A stretch of 20,000 bases of DNA from Paramecium tetraurelia. Its lineage: Eukaryota. Below the pieces are notes generated by a model. That model was not told the DNA's origin, did not search any database, and was given only the letters and a program-made list of their open reading frames with translations. Shown one piece after another: positions 1-15,900 of the stretch. The stretch spans positions 487,436 through 507,435 of the forward strand of contig CT868274.1 of the NCBI GenBank assembly GCA_000165425.1, in the 5' to 3' direction. Each line of letters starts with the position of its first letter. Within the stretch, counting starts at the first letter, position 1. The translations under genes were made by a program, and so were the position numbers.

Positions 1-390
1 TCTAAAATCTTTCTCCTTTTTGTCGTCAAATGCCTAGAGAATATGGTTTCAATCATATACTTCTCTATCCGATTTTTAATTGTGTGCTTAATCTTATAAT
101 TTCAAGACTGAATCCTTAATGACTTTGAATTTTTATTCATCTTTTGGTTTTTCAGATGCAAGTACGTCTTCAATTATTTTGATTCGTTCTTCCAATACTT
201 CTCTTTTTTCTAGCTTATCTTTGTCAATTCCATTTTGAATGTGATTCCATTTATCTGAGAGCAATTTAATTCTCTGTCTAGATGGGGAATCAAGATCTTA
301 ACTCAAATAGTTGATGGTGGATCTCTAAGGACTTGATAATTGAGATTTAGTAAGTTTGGAAGTCGTTAATTTTGATGTTGAAAGTAGCAT
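1..390 (-). CDS. SF-assemblin/beta-giardin family striated-fibre (kinetodesmal) protein, 5' part; continues beyond the left edge
   Basis: ATG at 390; 110-codon exon (390-61), 27-nt intron (60-34), then exon 33-1. Translates MLLSTSKLTTSKLTKSQLSSPQRST...SPSRQRIKLLSDKWNHIQNGIDKDKLEKREVLEERIKIIEDVL...: a Ser/Pro-rich head followed by a coiled coil resembling SF-assemblins. Family call is by resemblance. Confidence 0.65.
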
Positions 391-472
391 ATGATATTTT
401 TAATTAATTTTATTTACGATTTATCAATTGTAACTTTACCCCTATAAAATGTTAATAATATATAATAATTAA
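391..472. promoter_or_regulatory. Putative bidirectional promoter between the SF-assemblin-like and ODA-DC2-like genes
   Basis: 82-bp AT-rich gap between divergent ATGs at 390 (-) and 473 (+). Positional inference only. Confidence 0.45.
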
Positions 473-2160
473 ATGAATCAAAGTTAAACGATTTCAACTC
501 TAAACACCTCCATTCAAAAAGCCAAATCTGATTTCCAACAAATCACAACTTAAAACAGGTATACATTACTCTTGAACTAGATCTCTCATCTCACAAATGA
601 AAATTGATAATTCCGAATATACAGATTAATTGATCAATCAAAAATAAAAAAATACAGTCGTAGATACTTAACTAGCTTTGAGTGTGATTAAGGCTTAAGA
701 GGAGTGTGCTTTGATCGCTTAAAAAATTGAGATAGAAACCAAGAAGAAGGTATAAAATCACTTATTGTTTTTAGTAAGACTTGGAAAATCTAGTGAACGC
801 AATGAAAACAAGTGCAAAGGACATCTCAAAAATAGAAAATACAAATTCTGGCAGTGAGTTAACTTAGGTGTAGAAAGTAAAACAGACATTTATAGTGATA
901 GGCAGTTCGAGATGCAGAATTGAAACTGTAATAGATTCACATTAAACACAATGAGTAATTAGCAGAAGTAGAAGCAGAAAAAGAATAATTGAATCTCAGC
1001 AGAAGGGAAAGAGTCATTTATTCAACTGTGTTTAAAGGAATTGAAAAAGATGCTATTTTTAAATAAAGAGAATATTAAAATTGTATAAGATAAAACGAAT
1101 TACTCAAAGAGGAGGTAACACACAATCATATTAAATTTAGTAAAAATTTCTACAGGATTAATTGAAATTAATTAAGGAATTAGCTGATAAGGAGCAAAAC
1201 AAATTCCAACAAGAATATGAGGCCTTATTCAAACCTTAAAAAGATGAGCAATAGGAACAATAAAGCATGGCTTCAGATCAAAAATCTTAAGTTTAAGGCC
1301 CTTATCTAACAGAATAAGGGGATTAATCAAAACCAATACTAAAAGAAAGAAGTGAATCATAATAGGAATAGAAAGATGTTGCTTAGTAAGTACTTGAATA
1401 TGAGGCTTAATTTAATAAACTGTATTTGGAAACAGGGTTCAACAATGTTGAAGCCATACTGAAATAATATTATAATTAAGAAATTTGGATTGATGAAATC
1501 TATAAGGAAATCAATGAGATTAATTAAGAAGTATTAATATTATTATCCTTAAGATTGAACAAACTGAATAAAAGAATGAGAAAATTTAGTAATATTTATA
1601 AAGGTTTAAATAAATGGCAAAGGCTCCAATCAAAGAATAAGTAAATTCAGAAGATTCTAAGATTGAAAGAATTTCAAGAGGCATAGACTAAAATAAAAAA
1701 CAAATAGCTTAAATTTAGTAACAGTATATGAGGATTCAAGAATAAATAGGAGTCGAAATCATAAATAGTGATGATGATGAGACTACCCTTTTGCCAAAAA
1801 TAGAACAATTAGAAAAGATAATAGACAATATTTTATTAGTTTCAAATCAATATGTTCCAAAATAGGATCAAAAGAAACAAAAGAAAGGAACAGTTAAGTT
1901 TGAAGATGATAGGAGTGAAGTATCAGGAACTAAATAACAAACAGAATTAAAATCTTTAACTGATCACTAATTAGAATTAGACATTATTTTGACAGAGGGT
2001 AAATATCATTTAAAATTTTATAGTTGAGAAGAAAAAGACTTTGGCTGAATCAAGGCATACAAAGGAAGAATTATCAAAAGAAAGTGCTGATTAAATGGTA
2101 TTTTCATTAAATAAAAAATCAAATTCCAAAAGATCAAAACATCAACAATCCCAATATTGA
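473..2160 (+). CDS. Outer dynein arm docking complex subunit DC2-like (CCDC114/CCDC63 family) coiled-coil protein, ~513 aa
   Basis: Six introns (559-580, 750-774, 877-901, 1115-1140, 1531-1553, 1999-2023) give a continuous 514-codon frame ending in TGA 2158-2160. Motifs KHNEQLAEVEAEKEQLNLSRRERVIYSTVFKGIEKD and EYEAQFNKLYLETGFNNVEAILKQY...IYKEINEINQEIE match the ODA-DC2 pattern. Confidence 0.75.
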
Positions 2161-2421
2161 AAATATTAATTTGCATATATAGATTTCTAAATCATTATTT
2201 CTCCCACTTAACAACAATTTAATCAATGTCTTAAATTTTTCATTTTGAACTGTCTCAATTATTTAACTTAATTATGTCTTTTACCAGAGGTGTATTATGA
2301 TACTTTGGTTCTTATGGATAGCAAACTTTTTGGGTGTGATTTTTCTTCCTAATTTATGAATTGTTATTCATTATAATTAATATTTATTTTATATACGTTT
2401 TTATTTTCAATATAGAGAATA

Positions 2422-3975
2422 ATGAATGCATCGCATACAGAGTTTATAGAAAGCTATATTGATTAAAGCAATAATTATAGCAAAACGAAACAAATTGATA
2501 AAGCAGTATAAAATAATGGAATACATATGAAATAATAATCCATCCTAAGATATCTAGTTTTATTTTTGTCCATCTGGATAATTATTCCTTCATTTTATTG
2601 CTTCGACTAACCAGTGGCAATATATAAAACTCTTTAATAATTGTTTTAAGAAGATTCAACGATAAATTTCGACTTGTATTTTGCATCTCTTTACATAATC
2701 TATGCCTTTGGGAATGCATTTTTGCCTCTTTTCACAGGAGGAATGAGAGATTGTCATGGAGACAGAATAATTATGACTTATATAGTAGGTGTAAATATTA
2801 ATAATTATTATAGTTATTATGATAGTAGGATAACTGACTTTCACAGTAGGAGTTTATTTTAAATCGTTTTTATTGATGATCTTAGGTAGATTACTTTTAG
2901 GTTGGGGTATTGAGTCATTGTTACCATTATGGGCATCTTTTTTGGCCCCCTTTTTTAAGAATAGCATTGTAACATTGAATTATGTATATAGTCAATAGTT
3001 TTGAGTATTTTACAACTATTTTCATAAATCGGTTTAGTGCTATCTATATATCTAACTCCAATTATTTAAAAAAAATACAATTTGATGGCATCCTTAATAA
3101 GCGGAATAGCATTCATATTATTTGGCTATATTTTATTATGTCTTGGCTTTTTAATAGATAAGAAGTTGGAAAACGAAAATTACTTGTCCTCCTATAGACA
3201 GCTTCAACCGAGCAGTGACATTATATTAGCAGAAGATACAAAAATTATTTATAAACTCTATTTCTTTAAATTTAAAGATTTTAAGATTTTCCCATAAATG
3301 TTTTGGCTACTTTTAGCTTTTAATTCAGTTTTTTATTGCTCAATAGTCACGCTTGTGAATGTATCTATGTATGTTATGGCGTCGGTTTTATTTGACATTA
3401 ATAATCAAATTGAAGAACTAGATATTGCATTATTTTGGATGTTAGGTTGTTTATCACTATTTATTATCGGTCCTTTGGTCTAATATTTTACCTATAGAAG
3501 GTATTTGATAATAGTTTCTGTTATAATTATCATTATTGGACATATATAATACTTAACCTCACCTCATATAGGTCTAATTATTTTAGCAGTTGGCTATTGT
3601 TTATCTTTTGTTTGTACTTGGAGTGCAATTATCTACATTATTAAGATGAAATCATTTGGCAAAGCATTTGGCCTTACAGTAGGATTTCAAAATTTGATTT
3701 TTGTGTTTATGCCTTTCTTGCTGGATATTGTAAATAGAAATATCATGGGAACTTTTAAAGTTTTAATATCATTTTCTTTATTTGCTTTAATTATAGCAAT
3801 TCAGATTCTAGTTGAAGATATAAGATGTTTCAAGTAATATTAATTTTTATTTCATAGCATTTTAGATAATAAATTGGCTCCTATGCAATTTGCAAAATTT
3901 AATAATGCAAGTAATGAAGAAAATAATAATAATGATACTGATTTATTTGCAGAATACTTAGAAAAGCCACAATGA
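2422..3975 (+). CDS. Major facilitator superfamily transporter, MFSD1-like, ~493 aa
   Basis: Introns 2789-2813, 2969-2991 and 3834-3857; TGA 3973-3975. Multiple hydrophobic helices. RYLVLF..SFYCFDQP, YAFGNAFLPLFTGGMRDCHGDR (MFS motif A region) and LGRLLLGWGIESL resemble MFSD1. Confidence 0.8.
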
Positions 3976-4105
3976 GAAATACAATTTATAATTATTAAAA
4001 AGTATTAAAATAGACTGAATTTTCTTAGTTTGTAATCGATGTTTTTTCAAAGAAAAAATAGTTAATTTATATTAAATCAAATATTATAATATTTATATAG
4101 TAGTC

Positions 4106-6887
4106 TCAAATATTTACTTCCTTTAGGGGTCTTACAATAATTTGACTGGATTAGCTGAGTTAACTTGATTTAGTATTTGTAATATTTTCCTTATATAAGG
4201 ATGATTTGCGAACCTCAAAACTTGTTGATTCCTAAATTATTTAATAATAGAATTACCTTAACTACAGTTGCGTTTCCTCTTTATTTAAATGCGTCAAATT
4301 CTGCTTAAACCATCATTAAATCCTCTTATGTCTTATGATAATCCTTATTTAAGACTATGAATTTTTTCTTCCAAGTTTCAACTTCATTTTAATAATAGGT
4401 GATTTTTTCTTCAAATTAAACTACTTCATTTGATTGGATTGACTCATATTCTTTAATTCTTTATTCAAATTCATTAATTTATTGTTATTTCTTTGCTAGT
4501 TCTTCAATAAGTTTATCTAATTTAAATTTAAGTTCTGACTCTGTATCTATTCTAATCTCTAGTTCCTATTTTAGAGCTTTGTTTTCAACTAATAAGTGAT
4601 CAACCTTAAATTAATTTTCAGCATTCTCTGACTGAAGATCTGTCAATTATTTTGTTAAGAATGAATTTTTCTTTGATAACTCTTCCTCTAATTATTATTA
4701 ATATTTTAAATCACCAGTCATGCCATCAATTTATTTTGACAAAGTTTCGATCACATGATTTTGTTCTTCAATAAAAGACTTAAAAGAAAGATTTTCGCTT
4801 TCAAATCTAAATAATTTCTCTCTTTGTTATGTCAATGCTTCATTCATTTAAAATTCTATTTTCTTTTATTGTTCTTCAGCTTAAAGTTCACTTTCTTCAA
4901 GCTATTATTTCAATAATTTGATTTCTCTCTAATATTCATCTAACACAGTAGTTTGTTCTTAGATTAAATCATTCTTTTAGTTGATTTAGAATAACATTCT
5001 TTAAATCTCTGAAGATAATAAGGATAACTTTTCTTCGTATTCGTATATCTTTTTCTCTAAATCCTTAATTGCTTGCTAGGTAGTCTATTTGTATTAATTG
5101 AACTTATCTTGTAAATCTTTAAGCTCATTCAACTTTTCTTCATAATCCTTTTATAATCTGGATCTTATCGTCTATAGTTAAATATTGTTTTAATCAAGTT
5201 ATTCAATTTGGATTCTTAAATTTGAGTATTCCTCACCAGATTTATATCTTAATGAATTCAATTCATTTTATTACTAAGTTATTTATTGTTATAATGAACT
5301 TATGACAAGATTCAATTCAGTAATTGTTGATTCTAATGAGTTCTTTTTTTATTATAACTAATTAGAAGTAATTAATGCATCTTCTATTTCTAATTTTAAT
5401 TTATGATTCTCATCTTAAAGCTTCATTTTGTATGTATTATATTCACTATATAATTAAGTATATTGGTTTTTCAAACTTGAGATATCATTTATTTTTTCAT
5501 CTACTGTGTTCTGCAAGATTGAATTGACATTATTTAATTAATTTAACTCATTTTACAGATCCTCATTATTGATTCTAAGCTAATAGTTTTCTTCCTAAAA
5601 CTTTTTAGTAATCACAGTTAATTCCAATTAATATTAAGACTTATTTTACTCCAACTCATCATTTTTGGATTAGAGTTCGAAGTTGAAATCTTACTAAATA
5701 GAACTTAGCTATTAATTGAGATCCAACTTTAACTTTTCAATTGTTTTATTTAAATCTGTTTATTATTATTTTAATTTTGTAATTTGATCTTACAATTTTG
5801 CATTTTCTTACTTGGACGTTTCTAATTCACCTTATAAAATATTTCGATATTTTTAAAGATCATCAGATTCTGCTTAATGATAATCAATTTACTGATTGGC
5901 AGAATCCAATCTAAGCATGAGGTTGTCGATTTCCTTATATTATGCTTAAATTGTTGTTTATTGTTCTTGCAATCTCATTTCTAACAATTAAATGTTACTT
6001 CTCAACTATTATAATTGTTGCTCCTTTTATTCCAAAATAAAAGTATATTATTCAATTGCTTGTTTATCTTGATTCAAAAGGAATATATTTCTTTCCTACT
6101 ATTATATGGTTTCCAATTATCTATCCAACTCTGATCTGATAAGAACTACTTGATTACATGCTTCTTAATATTGTTTTCTCAATTTAGATGAATTATTTTC
6201 TAAATTTTCAACGATATTTTCCTTATTAATTAATTCAGAATCTAATTCATTTATTTTTTGGGTCAACTATTCTACAAAAGTGTTCTTCTCCAAAATGATC
6301 ATATTTAACCTTTCCATTTCTGTAGTTAGTAAAGTAATTTAATTTTCATAATTCTCATTATTTGATTATTTTTTTAATTACTAAGTCAAGTATTTTACTT
6401 AATCATCTGAATGTTAGAATTGGGTCTTGTATTATGTAATTTCTTAAGTAAGGTATTCAATCTCAGATTTGTGATTAATTTACGATTCTTCATACAATCT
6501 CTTAATGTTATCTATCTCACAAGAATATGTATTAGTGTGTTGTCGTTGGCAGATAGATGTGGACTCTATTTCCTATTGAAGTTCAAAAATTCTTTAATGT
6601 AATTACTGGTTCTCTTAAGTCAATTATTCAATATGCTATTCATGTCCTTAGCATCTTTTATCTGTGCATAGTCTTACTGTTCTTGTCTCAATGACTGGTC
6701 TAAATGTAGTTGTTGTTGTTATTGTAGTCTTTGGTCTTGTGGAGTAGGTTGTTATTTTTGTTACTCTGCTATTCACTGATGAATCAGCTCTTTGATCTCT
6801 TATATTTGAGTGAGGGGAACTTACTAATCTAGTTGTTGTGATTGTTGATGTAGGGATAAATTTCGATGTGGGAGATTGTGCTCTCAT
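4106..6887 (-). CDS. Large coiled-coil (probably cytoskeletal/cortical) protein with Ser/Thr-rich head, ~918 aa
   Basis: ATG at 6887; one 25-nt intron (4256-4232); TGA at 4108-4106; spliced length 919 codons. Long Q/E/K/L-rich heptad region after the head MRAQSPTSKFIPTSTITTTR...; C-terminus ...RPLKEVNI. Confidence 0.8.
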
Positions 6888-7547
6888 TTTTCTTGATGTC
6901 GTTAAAATTAAATAAATATATAACAGTTAATGATAATTAAACCACTGAAATAATGAAAAATTTGAGTAATTTTAATATGGTTAATTTTAATGATATAATT
7001 TATTGTTGCATTTCGTGGTTTATTGCTTATTCGTTAAGAAATATAGAGAATTGTAGACTGATTGTTTAAAGTAAAAATTTGATTCAAAATAACCAGCCAC
7101 AAATGATTAACATAATAGTAAGGATAAAGAATCAATAAAATAAGTTTTACAATGGTAATTTACTCACCATATATACAAAAATAGTTTAATATCTATTTTT
7201 TCAACTAATTCAATTGAAAATAATTAATAAAATTAAGAAAAAAATTTTATGGCTCCAAAATTCTTTGTTATGCTACCATATTAGGAAATTCAAATCTATG
7301 ATATGGGCTACATCTTAATCATTTCTATGCTCACTTTCTTGAGTCCTTGTTATTTAATATATCTCAAATTCTCTTCTGAAGAGATAAAAATTATGTTAAG
7401 GAAGCTCATAAAATTTATAATTCAACAAAAATTCTTTTAAATACTTTTTTCATTAATGTTTCTCCCCTGAAATGAGAATTTCAAAGTTCTAAAAATAGTA
7501 CTTTAATTTATTAAAAGATTACAAAGTCATATACTTCAAATCTAAAG

Positions 7548-11237
<3,690 letters not shown>

Positions 11238-11282
11238 ATAATCGATATATATTGTATTTATTAATTTGCATATAAAATCAAT

Positions 11283-11750
11283 TCATTTTTTCTTTTGGAA
11301 TGGTTCAAAAATATCTGTAATTTTTTCTATAAATAGAGGATTATCTAAGGGCTCTCCATGAAGATAAAATGGATTTCTTTTGATAATTTCTAAATAGTTA
11401 GTGTACACCTCCTTAAGAGTTTCTGAATAATCAGTTTAATCAGAAATGTTTGAGAGTAAGATAATTTTCACACCTGAACACATTTCATAAATAGTGAACT
11501 TAAAATAATTTGTTAAAAAGTATCTGAAATTAGTAATTGGTTCACTTGAAAAAGCTTAGCTAAATCCTTTTAAACCTTCACTTACACCATATATATTTTG
11601 TATTCTATTTTGCTTCAAAAGATCTTGAATCTCTGATTTCGTAGTAACCATTCCTTTGGCGAAATTCCAATAGAACACAAGATTCTTATATCCTTAGAAT
11701 ATAATCAATTCAAACAAGTTGTCTTAATCTAAATATTTTGTATTAAGCAT
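11283..11750 (-). CDS. TRAPP complex small subunit, sybindin-like family (Bet5/TRAPPC1-like), 155 aa
   Basis: Intronless 156-codon ORF. FRYFLTNYFKFTIYEMCSGVKIILLSN...LKEVYTNYLEIIKRNPFYLHGEPLDNPLF matches the sybindin/longin pattern of Bet5/Trs23. Confidence 0.75.
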
Positions 11751-11852
11751 TTAGGTATTTTTAATAAATAAATAATTTTTTTTAATAGTTTCTTCAAAAA
11801 ATGGGCAATTCAATAAAAATAAATACAATCACAAAAATTTAGACAACCAAAT

Positions 11853-12758
11853 TCAAATTTTAAATTCCTTTGAGATTAGAACAAATGTTAGTATTTTAAT
11901 TTAATTGATTAATGGCACATTAGAGGCTAACTTAAAGTTTAATAGTTGAAGGTGCCTAATAAGCTGCCCTTAGGTTGAATTTACTTTGATTTTAATTTTG
12001 CTCACCACTTCATTTTTTATAATATATTAAATAAATTCTGTAACAAGATTTAAAAAGTTGCCATTTTTTCTGTGCCACTTAGCTACGTACATTTTATTAA
12101 TAATGCTCTCTTTTTCTAGTAAGTCACCAAAAACACTGTATATGCAAAAACCCATATGACATTTATGAAACTTATTTTAAACTTGATAAACAGTAATCAA
12201 AGTTCTCCCTTACTTAGACATTTCAACATAGAGTTCTTATTCATCAAATAATTTGATTGTAACTTAGCCTATTATACGAGAGTTTTGCTTAAACTTTTGT
12301 TCTTCTGTCAACTCTCCTATTTAACGTTTCAAATTTTCGATAATTGCAGATCCTCTGCTGTTATAGCTATCAAGAAAACGAGATGATTGCTTCATATGTG
12401 ATTCTGAAAGGGGTTGAATATTTCGTACACCAGTCCAACTTTAACTAGATCCTGTAACTTTCCACCAATCTAATGTATGTTGCTTGTTCTTTTAGATAAT
12501 ATTGGTATCCTCCTCTGCTTATTTCAATGAATTCAAAATGGAGTGAAAAGAGTCAAATAAATAATACACGTCAGTTTCTTAATTGATCATATCGATTAAT
12601 GCAGGAATTATTGTAGGTGCAACATCCTTCCCAATTTTATCAATTTGAAATTATTTAGGTATTTATTTAGGTTATGAGGAGTATTACAATTGAAGTGGTT
12701 ATGAATAGTGCACTTATAAATTATTTTTTCGTACAGAATCATATCTCTTTTATTACAT
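11853..12758 (-). CDS. Hypothetical protein, 301 aa, probable divergent C-terminal GNAT acetyltransferase fold
   Basis: Intronless 302-codon ORF from ATG 12758 to TGA 11855-11853. C-terminal ..MGFCIYS..SIINKMYVAKWHRKNGNFLNLVTEFIQY..KIKIKVNSTQGQLIRHLQLLNFK resembles GNAT motifs A and B. The ORF is well supported; the fold is inferred. Confidence 0.65.
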
Positions 12759-12912
12759 TATTAATATCAATGATTAAATATATTTATATTTTATTAAATC
12801 AATTTCATTCATCATAAGTTATATAAAAATACTATAGTAAATTGAAATCTTAAATTATATTGTCATTATCCCAACAAGCTTAGCTATGCCTATATCTACA
12901 AAATTATTAAAA
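12759..12912. promoter_or_regulatory. Putative bidirectional promoter between the GNAT-like gene and the giant GTPase
   Basis: About 130-155 bp AT-rich gap between divergent start codons. Positional inference only. Confidence 0.35.
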
Positions 12913-15900
12913 ATGAATGATGAAAAATAAGAACTTAGCCATAGTTAGCGATATATGTGTCATAAGTGATGAATAAATTTAAAAAATACGAAAGGTGTTA
13001 TGTTAAGGAAAGTAACAGTGATTATAGCATTTTTAAATTAAAATCACTTATTAAATTCTATAAAAACATTTATAATAGAATTATTAAAAACTAATTTCCA
13101 ACTCAATAATATATTAAAAAGCTTGAGTTGTAATTTTAAATTTGTGGAGACCTTACAACTGAATAAAGTGAGGTTATGAATTATAAAATAGTGTATCAAT
13201 AATTAATAGATTAAAATACAGACTGGTAATAGTTATTAAATTTCTTAAAATAAAAAGATTTTTGCTCATAAAATAATATTAATTAAGTGATCACAAATAA
13301 TTTAGTAATTATTTAAAAACTTAAAGAAAAACTATTTGCCCTTTTAAACCTCAGCCGTTTTACTTAAATCGATGAATATGGATATCATTATTTAGAGATA
13401 TTTAAAATTTTACTTTGTTTTGTAGAGAGTAATAAGAATCTTGATGAATAAGAAGGCAAACAATTAGAAATGATTATCGGAACTTTATTAGAATAATAAA
13501 TTTTGTAATTTTTAGAGTTTGAAGAGAATTTAATGGAATCAGAGCAATTTGAAACAACAAAAAAAATTATTACTGCAATATAAACTGAAGGGAAAAAATA
13601 TATAGAGTTTTCAAAAGAATTATCATCTCTTTTCATTCGATTAGAAGCAGTTCATAAAGCTCTGCACGATTTCGTCAGCAGAAAAATTACTTGAAAATGT
13701 TAAGAAATAGATTTCACTTTTATTATATTGCTAGAACTTTAAATGGGAAAAAGAGATGGATAAAAAAAAAATTGATTAACATCTTCTTTAGGATTAAGGA
13801 TTTGAAAGTGTATATTTTAGCTTAATTTTTTACTTCTTGTAGTAATATTGTTATATAAAATATAATGATTTTAACCAACTGCAAGGGAAATTAAGCAAAG
13901 TTAAAATTGATTAAAGATAACGATGGCTAAATACTTTCATCTCAAAAGCAAAATCTAATAATTAGGATTAAATTTATCTTTTCATGATCAACCATACTGT
14001 ACAATTTTCAATTTAAAAGGAAGAATATTTTTTAAAGGAAAATATATTTAAACTTTTGGAGTTTAATCAACAAAAACAAAATTAAATCTGGCCATTATTA
14101 CAAAAAAATTATGAAGAAAATTCCCAATTTGATTTTTTTTGCCAATTAAAATTCTTACCTTTGTTTAAATTCAAAAAGATAATTGCCTAATTTAAAAAAA
14201 TGAGCGTTGCTAAGCCTGAAATACAAAATTCCACAAACCTTAATTAATAATTTACAAATTAATATTTTAACTAACATTCAACAGAATCCCAATTATTTAC
14301 AATTTATCTTTTATTTTCAAATCCATCAAGAGAATTTACGAATAGCATTAAAAGAGCTCTAGTCTTAACGTTTCTATCTAATGAGAACAGAGATATAAAT
14401 TTTTATATCAACGAGTTAATAAAACATGAGAAAAATATATTTTATGGAGATGTAGTCTTATTATTAGGATTGTTGGAACAAAAATTTAAAGAATCAATAG
14501 CAAGCATTATCAAACTTTACAATATAGATAGCTCTTTTATGCAATTAAAAGCTACGATGATTTTGATGAAATATTTTATGTGTCATTAAAAGTTAGCAAA
14601 CAAAAAAGAATCATTCTAAATATTTGAGGATTTATTAGAAGAATTAAGTTTAAAAAATGAGAAAGAGATGCTTTCCCTTAAATTGTTATTTGGAAAGGAT
14701 AGGTTCTAAATCTTATTTGTGGAATTAATAAATTATTACTTAATTTCAGATATCAAAAATAAAAAGAGATGTATGAAAATTCTCAAAAATTTAGTGCCAA
14801 TTAGCTTAGGAAAATCTGAAGAAAAGATATAAACATTCAAAGCCTTATATTTATGTCTTAGTCCTTGGTTATTGAATTACTTAATCTTATTAAACACAAA
14901 GGCAATTATTACATAAAGTATGTTTAAAAGAACATTAATAATTATTTTTACTATTATTAAATAGAAAGAATAGTTTACAAAATTTCTGCTAACTAATTTA
15001 CACTCCTTAATTAATAAACCTTGCTATCATTTCGATTAGGTTTTGACTGCTAGAGAAAGATAAATTAGTGATAAACTGAATTTCAAACTGAATTTAATTC
15101 AATTCTTAAATTCTGGAAACTATCATGAAATGTTGTTGAAAGAATGTGTTTTATTGTATAAAGAGGATCCTGTATTTTATGAGGATAATTTAGGAAAGAT
15201 AAATTACTTCAATAATATTAAATTACATTCTGCTTATTTTCTTTAGAAGGAAACATTTGAATATTGCCCTTAAAAAGGCTGCTTTTCGCTTGAAGATTTT
15301 AACATCTCATTAACCGAAACATCATAAGAATAAGAGAAAATGATTGTTTAAGATTGGTTAGATGATATCAAAGATATTTCAAAATTTAAAAAATTAATTC
15401 CTTTTTTTTTTAATATCATTAAGAGGGGAGAATCATCAAAAAAGTTATTATCCATTATCACTTCATATCGACGCAAAGTTTAACAATCAATAAAAATAAC
15501 TAATAATATGAAGTCCTTATTCTAACTATTTTTCAATAATTCTAATGATGAACTCTAAGTTATGTTGCTTAAACTTTATTCAAGTATGTTTCCAGTTCCA
15601 TTAATTTTCCAAAATCCATACTTATAACATGCTAAAAGGGAAACCGATTTATATGTTTTTAATGAGAAAATGTATTATGTATTTTAATAATCATTTTCAA
15701 TAATTAATTTTTCATTAAGCTCAAAATAAACCTAGATAGGAAAAACACAGCTAATTAATGAAATATTTTATAAGTAAGAAAAATTTGAGACATAGGATAC
15801 ATGCCAATTGAACAATAACACAATAGATATTATGTTTGATACACAATTTAATGGGTCTCGAAATTTCTGTGTGGCAGATGCTCATGGATAAATCCCAATA

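Noticed and set aside
12651..12672. Tandem TATTTAGGT repeat
   Set aside because: Encodes PKQ-I-PKQ within the minus-strand ORF; trivial.
15073..15095. Direct repeat AAACTGAATTT x2
   Set aside because: Short in-frame microduplication (KLNF KLNL) inside coding sequence; not an array or element end.
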